DNA of 64,000 nucleotides from Octopus sinensis (lineage: Eukaryota). Each line of letters starts with the position of its first letter. Positions within the stretch are counted from its first letter, which is position 1. The translations under genes and the position numbers were made by a program. Under the pieces are notes generated by a model. The model ran no database searches and was not told the DNA's origin. It saw only the letters and a program-made list of their open reading frames with translations. Where the stretch lies: contig NC_043009.1 of the NCBI RefSeq assembly GCF_006345805.1, positions 35,154,001 to 35,218,000 of the forward strand. The letters are read 5' to 3'. This document shows positions 51,282 to 64,000 of this stretch, one piece after another.

Positions 51282-51578
51282 TTAATTTCGAAAATATTTA
51301 AATGTACGGCTGACCCTATGTACGCATGATACCCTTAGGTCTAATCTATTATTAATCAGGTCGCTCTTGACCCTATACTTAAATATTTCATAAGTTTCCA
51401 TATAGTACAGCTCGCACCCGTATCGACTATCCCTATAAAGATGCGCTTTCTTTCTGATATCCCATTTAAGACTAAATTGAATTCTGCTTTCCATTCGTTC
51501 CCAAATATTGCTTGATAAGAACGTACAATTGGCCTTATGTTTGAGCCTAAAGGATTTCATATTTATTGAACATCTCAC
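51282..51578 (-). mobile_element. Penelope-like GIY-YIG C-terminal relic
   Basis: TFLSSNIW...QFSLKWDIRKKAHLY...CELYYME...LINNRLDL..SCVH. Confidence 0.65.
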
Positions 51579-51777
51579 GTATACAAAGTTGCCAGCTACA
51601 GTTGTGATTGTACATTTAAAATTTCTATTTATATATTATGCAGCTGAGGATAGACCTGCATTTGAATTGATGTAATGATTGCATTGTTCAATTAAATGGA
51701 GTCACTGAAATGGTCGTACAGCATCACCTCTTGATATCCTGTTGGTTATTTTGGTTATATATATATATATACATATA

Positions 51778-51815
<38 letters not shown>

Positions 51816-52356
51816 TATGTATCTGTATGTCTGTCTGTGTTTATATATATATGTTTATATGTGTATTTGTGTATGAATATATATATATATGCATATATAC
51901 TAGATGTAAAATTACTTAGTTTTCTCCTATTTTTCTTCCACCAAAAACCCCCTGGAAATATACACGCACTCTCACGTCTGTTCGTTTGTTTAGATATGTC
52001 ACTATGCTTTGAGTATGTGTCTATAAAAGCTGCATGTTCTTGAATTCCTGATAAAAATGTGTACGTGCATATCTTTTTACGCTTGACTACTTACATTAAT
52101 ACGATTAGATTTCAAGACGTTTCTATGTCATTATAATCTGAATATCGATTACGTAAGATCTCGTAGTGAGATGTAATAGACTTAGTTTCACGCTAGTACA
52201 CCATACACACAAACATAAATACATTCGTATCTGTGTGTGGGCGTGTGTATGTATGTATACATTCCTTTACATATACGAATAGAAATATATTTACATAAAT
52301 ACATTCTCTCAATACAACATATATACTTTACTAGTACTACTACTACTACTACATAT

Positions 52357-52621
52357 GCTAAAACAGCTGCCTTATATATTCCTACTGATAAATGTCAAGA
52401 AAGACCTCTCGATGGCAAGTAGCCAAAGAGAGCTAATAATGCCAATGTTGACAAAGCACTTACCCATAAATGGTTAATGGCTTCTGGCTTAAAATGAGAA
52501 ACAAAAGGGTTTAGCATAGCAGCCCAAGATCAATGCCTACCTACAAGAAACTATCATTCCAATATATTAAAGAACGGCATCTTCCCAACATGTCGTGTAT
52601 GTCAACAACAAAATGAAACTA
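52357..52621 (+). mobile_element. R4/Dong fragment, same subfamily as 14806-16017
   Basis: AKTAA...QERPLDGK*PKRANNANVDKALTHKWLMASGLK*ETKGF..AAQDQCLPTRNY..NILKNG..PTCRVCQQQNET. Confidence 0.9.
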
Positions 52622-52624
52622 CGG

Positions 52625-52692
52625 AACCCAGGTGGTCACTTCAAGAGGGGTAAATGTTATTTTTAGAAAAATTGTCTGGATTTCTTTTTATC

Positions 52693-52724
<32 letters not shown>

Positions 52725-52995
52725 GCACTCTTTCTCTCTCTCTCTCGCAAGACAATGATAAAAAGAAATCCAGACAATTTGTTTTTAATTAACATTTATC
52801 CCCCTTGAAGTGACCACCTGGGTTTGCCATTTCTAAAAGCCAAGAATAATTTTCTATTGAAAGAACTGACTAGCTGCAAAGATGTCAGCACATTTTTTCT
52901 TCTTTCTCTTTTGCTTTTTTCTTTCCTTCGCTTTTCCATTGACACTGCTTTCAGATACACAGACACCCCCATACACGCGCCCATACACACACACA

Positions 52996-53026
<31 letters not shown>

Positions 53027-53290
53027 TACACACACACTCTCTCTTACAAGACAATGACAAAAAGAATCCAGACAATTTTTTGAGAAATAACATTTACCCC
53101 CCTTGAAGTGACCACCTGGGTTTGCCATATCTAATGGCCAAGAATCACCTCCTATGGAAAGAACTGACCAGCTGCAAAGATGTCAACACATTTTTTCTTC
53201 TTTCTCTCTTCCTTCTTCCTTTCCTTCTCATTTCCATTGACACTCTTTTCAGATTCAAAATTACATACACACACACTCACACACACACAC
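52625..53290. repeat. Fold-back plus tandem (~299-bp period) repeat, MITE-like
   Basis: 52625-52692 is inverted against 52756-52824; AAGACAATGA at 52749 and 53048 starts two collinear units. Confidence 0.85.
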
Positions 53291-53574
53291 TCACTCTCCC
53301 TGACTTTCTCCCCTCTCCTCATCCTCTTGTACTATCTTATATCTCTCTCCTCCCCTACACATTCAATAATACTATAAAAAGAGACAAATTCTTGTAAAAG
53401 TTCAATCTGACGACTCCACTAAAGTGGACGCAAGCGCTAATATGTGATTTATAAAAACATGTGACATATTAATAAATGCCTGTAAATATAAAACCATCCA
53501 GATTTCTGAGTACCTTATTTCTTCTAATATAAAATACGTGTACATCATCTCCAAACTTTCTAATATATATATAT

Positions 53575-53643
<69 letters not shown>

Positions 53644-55022
53644 CGCATGCAGACACACATACACTAATAATTAGTAAATTTTCTCTATTGAATAATAAAT
53701 ACGATATAGTTCCATGTTTCCGAATATGAGTGCAACAATGAACATTGTTAAACTGAATGTCGGAAATGACTAAATAAATAATCGCGAGATTAAATTGTAG
53801 ATTCCGTTTATACTCTCTCAACTTGTATTGTTGTTCTGTTATTATTTTTTTAAGCAACATATTATCAGGATTCAAAATTATGTTAATAAATAAATGATAT
53901 AAAAGTGTTTCTATTTTAACTGTGTTACATTTTCGTTTTTAATGCAATGTTTATTATGTTGTTGAAAATAACTCCCGATACATAAGTAATATTCTTTTAA
54001 AAATTTTATTAAAATATCATTCTCAAAATATGAGAGGATATTCATATTCTTCATAATGTGCCCATCTAAAATAATTAATTATGCAAGCCACCACATCCGG
54101 TGTTCAACAAATCGTATCCCCTAGATATCTTTTCTCTCATCTGTCCTTCAGTCAGGAACTAGATCGTACGTAATATGAACCTACAAAAGCTATTTTTTTG
54201 CCCAAATTTATAAAATAAACGCCGCTAGTCGTTGTATTCTTTCAAGATATTCATACACCGAATTGACTTTCAAATACACCGACCAGATTTGCTCATCCTT
54301 AGGATCAGCCCTACATCATATGTCTACCAGACTATCCGGCAAAACCTTTGACTTCCCAAACCGATCTTGCTATCTTTTCACCTCCAATGTATGTTGAACA
54401 CCTACTACTTTTTCAGACGCGACTGTAAACTGAGCTATGTAAACTTTATTCCTCGCTACACGAAACCTGTTATATTTGCCTCTTCCTTCTAATGTAACAT
54501 TTGTCCTTTTATCCACATATCGCTTCCTTATGCGCATCTTAACCATCTTTCCATATAACGGATCACTTGAACACAGTCACCCAAAATACTATTTACTGTC
54601 CCAAAACGTATTGTACAGTTCCCTGTGCATTGGGAAAACTAGATACAGTGTAGCTGACTGTTTTCAGGGAAAATTTGCCGGAATAGAGGCTCATCAATAC
54701 TGGATCATTCAAAATTCAGATACGCCAATTCGATTCTCCGTCTCACTTCCACTCCCATCTCAATGTTTGAGGAATTATGCGGAGTCATCGTACTACCGTT
54801 AGCAGATAGCATCATGAACAACAATTATTCTCCACTTGAACAATTTTTTGTTTGAGCAACCGATTTGCTTTACTTTAAAAGATACCACCATACTGACATG
54901 ATATTTCATCTCATTTCTACGTCAATACACTCACACAATGCACACAAAAATACACCGCTAATTGTACTCAACAGGCTTTACACACATCTAAACCATACTT
55001 CATACATATTTTACTTGATTTA

Positions 55023-56208
55023 CAAAGGCGGGTTGAAAGGTTCATAGGCTAAGCATTAAGGAGTGACACTAGAGCTGTGAAAACTTGCATACATTAATTC
55101 CAGTTCTTATTAATAACTGCATTGATATTTAGACATAAGACTGTTCAAAGAAGACTTCAAAAAGTAGCGACTTCTTTTGAAATAAAAATTTGGCTTCATG
55201 GTATTATCAGTTACCCGTAAATAAAGGGTTAGTTCCCAAAGACATTCATGTTGCCATGGTTGCTACACATTAGGGGATGACGCTCTAGCATTATCAACAG
55301 TGTAAAAGTGGGCAGCTGGTTTTGGGAGGGAGAGTCTTGAAGATGATTCGTGGTCTGAAGATCTTGCAGTGCTACTATCGAGGAAACCATTGATCATGTT
55401 CACCGCATAAGTGACAGACGATTAACTATAATCAAATAGCTAATGCTATTAGCATATCCGGTGAGAGAGTTGAGAAGATTCAACACAATGAACTTGGTAA
55501 CTCGAAGGTTATTGGTCGGTGGGTGACACGTTTTCAGACATCTGATGAAATGTGCACTTGGCTGATCACATCACAGGAAAAACTAACATTGTTTGAGGTA
55601 GATTCAGTTGTTTCCTTGAACGTTTCCTAACTCAGGATGAGTGTTGAATTCATACATTATGCCGAATACAAAGAGACAATCCATGCAGTGGAAAAACCTC
55701 TCCTCACCAACTCCAAAGAAGATCGAGGTTTTTTTATTTGCAGAGAAAGTTATAGACCCAGTTTTTGGGGATATACAGGCACTGTTACGAAAGCCTGTCA
55801 AGATCAAATGCCCATAAAAACTGGACAAAAAAATGGAGGTTGCATCAAGACAAAGCTCAAACACGCAAATCTTTGATTTCAATGGCTGCTGTGCGTTACT
55901 GGCATTGAACTGGTTGATCACCATACCTGCCCTTCTGATTTATCCCCATCCGGATAACATCTGTTTGTCAACATGGAAACACAGTTGGCTCGCGACCAGT
56001 GTTTCAATGGTAATAATGTCATATCTGTTGATGATGAGTGTTTTGACCAGCCAGGTGAAAGCTTTTTCACTAATGGGATCCAATCACTGCAACATCGATG
56101 GAAGAAGCGTGTCGAGTGCAAGGGGGACAATGTTGAAAAATGAACCTCATTTGGTCTCATTTCATGGAAGTGCCTCAGTCAACCTATGAGCTTCTCAGTC
56201 GACCCTCG
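55023..56208 (+). mobile_element. Old mariner with both degenerate TIRs and TA flanks; same family as 820-1884
   Basis: TA-CAAAGGCGGGTTGAAAGGTTCATAGG versus the reverse complement of the right end TA-CGAGGGTCGACTGAGAAGCTCATAGG; decayed TQDE and MQWK motifs. Confidence 0.85.
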
Positions 56209-56402
56209 TACTTCACCACCCATTCTCCCACACACACTGCCCACACATTTTATTCCTTTTTTTTCATGCCGCCTCTCTTACCTGATGCACACATACACAC
56301 ATTCACCTCTGTATTCACGTGGAGACTTGCAGCTCATAATAAACATACAATCCACCATTCGCTCACTCATCATATACACACTTTAAGTAACATGCGAGTT
56401 CA

Positions 56403-56444
<42 letters not shown>

Positions 56445-56915
56445 ACACACACACACAAACACATACACACACACATACACAGAGAAAGAAATGAATGCCT
56501 TATACTTCCTTTCAACAGGCTGCTGTCTCTCACGATATTGTTCGTGATTACATCACCTATACTTCACTCTTCTAAAAGTTCTTTGTTTTCACTATTACCA
56601 CTTTACTACTCAAAGATGGTTTACCTCTAACAAATCTTTTATTTCTTTCCTAATCTCTTAACGAGGAAAATTCATCTAAAACGTTGGACTTTCTCCTCTT
56701 CTTTTAAAACATTAACTTTGCTCAAAGACCGCTGTTTCTTCGTATCCGACGTGGAGAATATTTACTTATGTTGATACCACTAACTACACTCATGCAAATT
56801 AAGCACGGATTAATCCCAGATTTTCCTCGATGTTTTCGTATTGTATTAACTGCTTTATTAAAGAGTCAGAATGTCGAATAAAGATCAGAGCATATAAGTG
56901 TGCATACATACAAAC

Positions 56916-56977
<62 letters not shown>

Positions 56978-57009
56978 GTGTGTGTTTGTTTGTGCGCGCG
57001 TGCGTGTGT

Positions 57010-57241
57010 GTGTATCTGAGCAGGCTATGGGGCAAGATGTTTCCTTCCTAAGTCCATGACTCCGGCTCCAATCCCAGTGCATGTCACTGTGTGCCTTCCA
57101 GTAAAGCTCCGGACCGACCAAAACCTCGTAATTTGGATTTGGTGGACGGAAACTGAAAGTAACCCGTCGCATACATATATATATATGTGTGTTAGTAATA
57201 CCAGCGATTATAATTATTTTTATTTTATCGCAATTTGATTT

Positions 57242-57279
<38 letters not shown>

Positions 57280-57500
57280 CTTTTATTCTTTTTATTGTTT
57301 CATCTTGAAAATTTTAAGTCGAAGAAATCGACCCCAGGACTTATTCTTTGTATGCTTCTTACTTATTCCATGAGTTCTTTTTCCGAACCGCTAAGTTACA
57401 GGGATGTAAACACAGCAGCATCGGTTATCAAGTGATGGTGAGGTATAAACATAGACAAAAAGACACACACACATACACACATGTGATATTTGTCGGTCTT
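57010..57500. mobile_element. SINE family B fragments (57010-57190 plus; 57320-57500 minus)
   Basis: GGATTTGGTGGACGGAAACTGAAAG and CCGAACCGCTAAGTTACAGGGATGTAAACAC. Confidence 0.7.
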
Positions 57501-57761
57501 GTTCTACGTGTTCACCCTGACTGTTTTGTTTTGTCACAAAGTCTTTGTATCTCATGGAAAAGGTTGCAAGTCGCAACGTAAAGTTTCGTAAAAAATAATA
57601 AATGAATGGAAATCAGACCGGTGAGTGTCTTACATTAATAAGGCAATAAAAGAGAATGACTCTCCCCAGACATGATATTATATATGAGCGGCATACTAAT
57701 ACAATTGTTTGTTTGTATTCCACCTGCCTTCGTCTTTTGTTTATTTTCATAAAGCTTCCCG

Positions 57762-57807
<46 letters not shown>

Positions 57808-57840
57808 GTATGTATGTATATGTGTATATATATGTATCTT

Positions 57841-57881
<41 letters not shown>

Positions 57882-58849
57882 ATATATATGTATCTTTATG
57901 TATTATATATATATATATATATATAATATATATAAAGATACATATATATATATATATAATATATATGTGTATATATATATATATATAATTAAGGGTACCG
58001 CAGAAGCATCACCAAGCCCGAAACAGCAGTCAAAATTGACTCTAGAACGTATATATACACACACACATATATATACATGCATACAAACGCACACACACAC
58101 ACACAGACAGACACACGCACGTACACACACACACACACACACATACACACACATATATATATGTATATATGCGCGTCTCGTGTGTATATAAATGTGTACG
58201 TCCATCCATATCTCGCCATATGCAACTGCATGCAATTATACGTGCTTGTTTGCGTACATTAAATAATTTACGCCTCCCATAAAACGTGGACATGTATAGT
58301 ATTTGTAAGCGCGTGGTATTGTCTGTGCGCGCATGCGTCCATTTATATATTTCTGTTTGCATGTAATCAATTGTCGGCAACCGCATATGTGTATTGAGCA
58401 AACGATGAATTGAATACGCTCTTCACAACAAAATGTCATACTGATATGAATCTATGTTCCAACACTGAAAGCTCCTAATGACGATCTGCTCTATTACAGT
58501 AATCATTATCTATCATTTTCACTTTTACATTGCAGCTCAATAAATCTTCTTCATCTTATTGATTGAGTAGATTCCGTACGGTATTGTTTGAGACAGCTAT
58601 CTGTGTAGCAACATAATAAGTAGTTCAGATGTGAATTTACATCAACAATCTCGCTCCTCAACGGTAACACATAGTTTTAATTTTGATCAAGATGAAGATG
58701 GCGATGAGATGCTTCATAGTTTAACAATAACAGCAACAAGTATAACAAAAGCAAACAACGCCAACATCAACCTTACTGTTACTAGCAGTAGTAGTGCTAC
58801 TACCAATAAAAACAACAGCAACAACAACAACAACAAAAATACTTTTTAC

Positions 58850-59192
58850 TAAAGGCACAAGGCCTGAAATGCTTGGGGGAGGGGACTAGGCGATTGCATC
58901 GACTCCAGTTTTTCACTGGTACTTAATTTATCTGTCGAAAAGATGGAAGTCAAAATCGACCTCTGCAGAATGTGAACTCAGAACATGAAGACGGACGAAA
59001 TACCGCTAAACATTGCGCCCGTAGTGCTAACGATTCTGCCTAATATAAACTGGTCAAATACTGAAATTTGTAAGATTGATAGAAAAATCCGAAAATTGTA
59101 AAAACACTTGTCTAAGGTGTCATGCAGTGGGACTGAACCAGGAACCATGTTGTTGGGAAGCAAGCTTCTTACCACACAGCCACCTCTGCACC
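58850..59192 (-). mobile_element. SINE A (58850-59040) and SINE B head (59100-59192)
   Basis: Family motifs as above. Confidence 0.75.
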
Positions 59193-59464
59193 TATGTACA
59201 TAAAAGCGAACACATTTCACTGTCATCTTAAGACACTAAACTACTCAAAAAACGAACTTTTAATTTGCTTATGTTTTGACAGACATTCTTTAGAACAATA
59301 TTTTGTTCAAATGTAAATACATGTCAGTTATCAACCAACCAAGTCACGATAACGACCTGAAATGCTAACTTGTCACGAAGTCTCTGGATGAAATTTGGAG
59401 CGAACATAAACACAAACCAAAATCTAAACAAATAATAACTATAATAATAATAATAATAATAATA

Positions 59465-61090
<1,626 letters not shown>

Positions 61091-61115
61091 AATAATAATA
61101 ATAATGATAATATGA

Positions 61116-62445
61116 CCAAATCTCATGGGTGACAGAGAAATGTTCGCTGTCACGAAGCAAAGACTTTTAGATCATAAATATTTAATCGTAAATAGCAGTG
61201 GTCTTTTCAGTTGGAACTGGAAATATCCACAATAGTGAAATACCTTGAGCATGACTACCCTGAACATGAAGAACAAAAAGCAGAACAAGAAGAGAAATTA
61301 GTAGAGGAGCCAACAAATTCCCACAAAAGTGGAACAATTTTGGAAAGAATGTGGTCGGTGAAGCAATAACCTCAGAAAAGGACTGTTAAAACAACGAACC
61401 TAGCACCTGAACAACTTCTGACCCCTATGACAACTGAAGAGGTCACCCAGGCATTGCAAAGACTAAGCAAATGGAAGGCCCCTGGGCACGAAAAGATCCC
61501 CAACTTCTGGTTAAAATATCTGACTGGAACACATAAAAAGCTGGCTGAAAACTTTAACGGCATACTAGCAGAACCAGAGGCAATGCCTGAATGGCTCAGA
61601 AAAGAGAAAACTATCCTAATTCCCGAATCCACTGAGACGGCAAACCCACAAAACTACAGACCAATAACCTGTCTCCCTACAATTTACAAAGCTTTTACTG
61701 CAATAATATCGCAGAAACTGAGCAAGAAAACAGCTTGTTTCCAGAAGAGCAGAAGGGATGCTACAAGGGCTCATACGGCTGTAAAGATTAACTAATGATC
61801 AATAAAGCCATAAATGAAGACAGCTGCAGAAATAAGAAAGGTCTCAGTATTACCTGAATCGACTACCGAAAGGCTTTTAACAGTATTCCTCACACGTGGA
61901 TCCTCGAAACACTAGCCATGGAGAAAGTAGCACCAATAATCATAAAATACATATGACATTCTATGAATAAATGGCAGACAGTGCTACGGCTCCAAAGAAA
62001 AAAGGAACTCGTGAAAACCAAAGCCATCCCCATTAGAAGAGAAATTGGGTTAGAAAAATGTGCCATAGCAACCTTGAAAAGAGAAAAAACTGGTTAAAAG
62101 TAGCAACATCACACTAGATAAAGCCAATGAAATAAGAGAATTAGACCGAAGCCATACATACAAGTATTTAGGAATCAATGAACTAGATACGATACAACAC
62201 ACACAAATGAAAGCGAAAATAGAAAAAGAGTAATATAGACGAGTTAGATCAATACTGAAAACAGAGCTCAATGCTAAAACCAAGATAATAGATATCAACA
62301 CTGGAGGTGGACAAGAAACAATAAATCAATATTATCTCTGGCTGCCCAGTCCAGGCTAAGAAGGAATATCTTCACAGACACGTCAGAGTCGGGACCTATA
62401 TACACTGGAAGCTATGCCAACACTATAGAATAACAGCGGAAAAAT

Positions 62446-62447
<2 letters not shown>
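61116..62447 (+). mobile_element. R4/Dong-type element with several internal deletions, bounded by AAT repeats
   Basis: KWKAPGHEKIPNFWLK, NYRPITCLPT, EEQKGC, DYRKAFNSIPH, YKYLG, RRVRSILKTELNA, CPVQAKKEYLHRH; (AAT)n at 61091-61110 and 62448-62570. Confidence 0.9.
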
Positions 62448-62539
<92 letters not shown>

Positions 62540-63799
62540 TAATAATAATAATAATGATAATAATAATAAGAAGAAGAACAAGAAGACGAAGAAGAAGAAT
62601 ATTGCAAATACCAACGTACGCATTATGAAGCACACGCACAAATATAAGCATATGCATAAACACACACACATACACACACATGTTAATGAAAATAATTTTA
62701 AAATTGTTTAGAATCTTGGAAATAGATTTAACCCAGAACTTATCCAAAACGTGTGTAATTGCTTTCGTTTTTTTTTTAGCCTTTGAAACGTGTTGTAAAT
62801 GAACATTGTTTTTAAAGTTCTGATCCTTATAGAAATAACGGTTCAATATTTGTGTTTTTGTTTTTGCTAAAAGATTGTTGCGGAACATTCTTTTGTGTTT
62901 CGAAATGAAGTTTCTTTTATAAGTTTGAAAAAGGAGAATGTTTTGCGTTTTTATTTGTACAGGATATGTACATACTCACTAGATGGAACATCCGTTACGT
63001 TAGTTAATTATGTACTCTTATTCGATCCAAATTTTTTTTGTCTATTTGACTGATCTATTTTTCCCAGCACCGAAGCGATGCAACAAAATCAGGTCTTATG
63101 TTTTACAACTGAATTCTTCCTCTTTCTGGAAAATTTTGATTTTATATATTCCAAATCAGATCGCAAATTCAGTAACAATGCTTTTCGCTTTTCGCTATTT
63201 GAATAGTTTCTTTTTCCGATGTAAATTTGAAAACAAAGCATTAATAGCTTGCGTTACATGGCTACAATGTAATGAGAACTGCATCGATTAAACAACAACA
63301 GGATTAATGAACCTAGTCGGGGAACATAGACAATAAATCTAGGCTTCCACACGTTAGAAATGTTTCTTTCTCACATATGGGGGAACATCCAATTATAAAA
63401 GACAAAACCAGCTTACTTTATAAAGATTTTGCTATCCAAAAACTATACAGGCAACGTTGATGGCTGTTACCGAACCTATGTTCTACAGTAGGTTTTATGA
63501 CAAATAATTACTTTGGTTTACACCGCGTGTGTGTTTGAAAGCTCAAACAAAAGAACACAAAGGTCACTTTCGTATTTTCCACTAGGGTGATGCTAACCCG
63601 TTTTAATAAAGACAATGCTAAATAATTTCTAATTGTTTTTTATCATTTACTATATCAAGAATGTTTACTTATATACATACACACACATACACTCATGCGC
63701 GCATTCACGTTCCCGTAAGGCAGGCTTGCCAAATGTTAAGAGATTCCTCTACGTGAAACCATTGCTATACTAGTTAAGCCACAAAAAGTATCTCTCCCC

Positions 63800-63874
<75 letters not shown>

Positions 63875-63990
63875 CTTTTACTTGTTTCAGCCATTTTTGA
63901 TTGCGGTCATTCTGGGCATCTCCTTGAAGGGCATAAATCGTACAAATCGACAACGGAACTTATATTTTAAAGACTGGAAATCTTTCTACG
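63875..63990 (-). mobile_element. SINE family B tail fragment
   Basis: CTTTTACTTGTTTCAGCCATTTTTGATTGCGGTC next to (TA)n. Confidence 0.65.
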
Positions 63991-64000
63991 TCGAATGGTG

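Noticed and set aside
52748-53290. Repeat-spacer-repeat appearance suggesting CRISPR
   Set aside because: Units are ~300 bp, spacers are microsatellites, there are no cas genes and the context is eukaryotic.
54100-54850. Minus-strand GRGKYNR motif reminiscent of Merlin/IS1595 transposases
   Set aside because: Only one short motif; the other catalytic blocks and TIRs could not be identified.
56655-56690. CTTAACGAGGAAAATTCATCTAAAACGTTGG, resembling a PLE end motif
   Set aside because: Both halves of the core are mutated; not counted as an HHR.
58515-58620. Splice-acceptor-like TTTTCACTTTTACATTGCAG
   Set aside because: No credible open exon and donor follow it.

Overview
Eukaryotic, AT-rich, repeat-dominated non-coding DNA (intergenic or inside a very long intron). 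I found no supportable host exon, rRNA, functional tRNA, prokaryotic gene or CRISPR array. The dense (AT)n/(CA)n/(AAT)n microsatellites and the SINE families resemble what I recall of octopus genomes; that taxon call is inference, not a database result. The window is a transposon graveyard. DNA transposons: three mariners (one near-intact, with TIRs and TA TSD), a Tc1/maT-like relic, a 3.1-kb hAT-like element with an apparent 7-bp TSD and a possible Chapaev/CMC relic. Retroelements: RTE and Tx1/L1 LINE remnants, four R4/Dong-type fragments tied to triplet repeats, several Penelope-like (PLE) relics and more than 20 SINE copies. The strongest lead is ribozyme content: at least eight type I hammerhead (HHR)-like motifs in several families. 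One lies in a 353-bp tandem/fold-back repeat (20012-20660) with a second partial copy at 49638-49822, the architecture expected of a retrozyme or PLE pseudo-LTR. Most short ORFs in the track are microsatellite artefacts. All alignments and folds were done by eye, so the boundaries of decayed elements are approximate.
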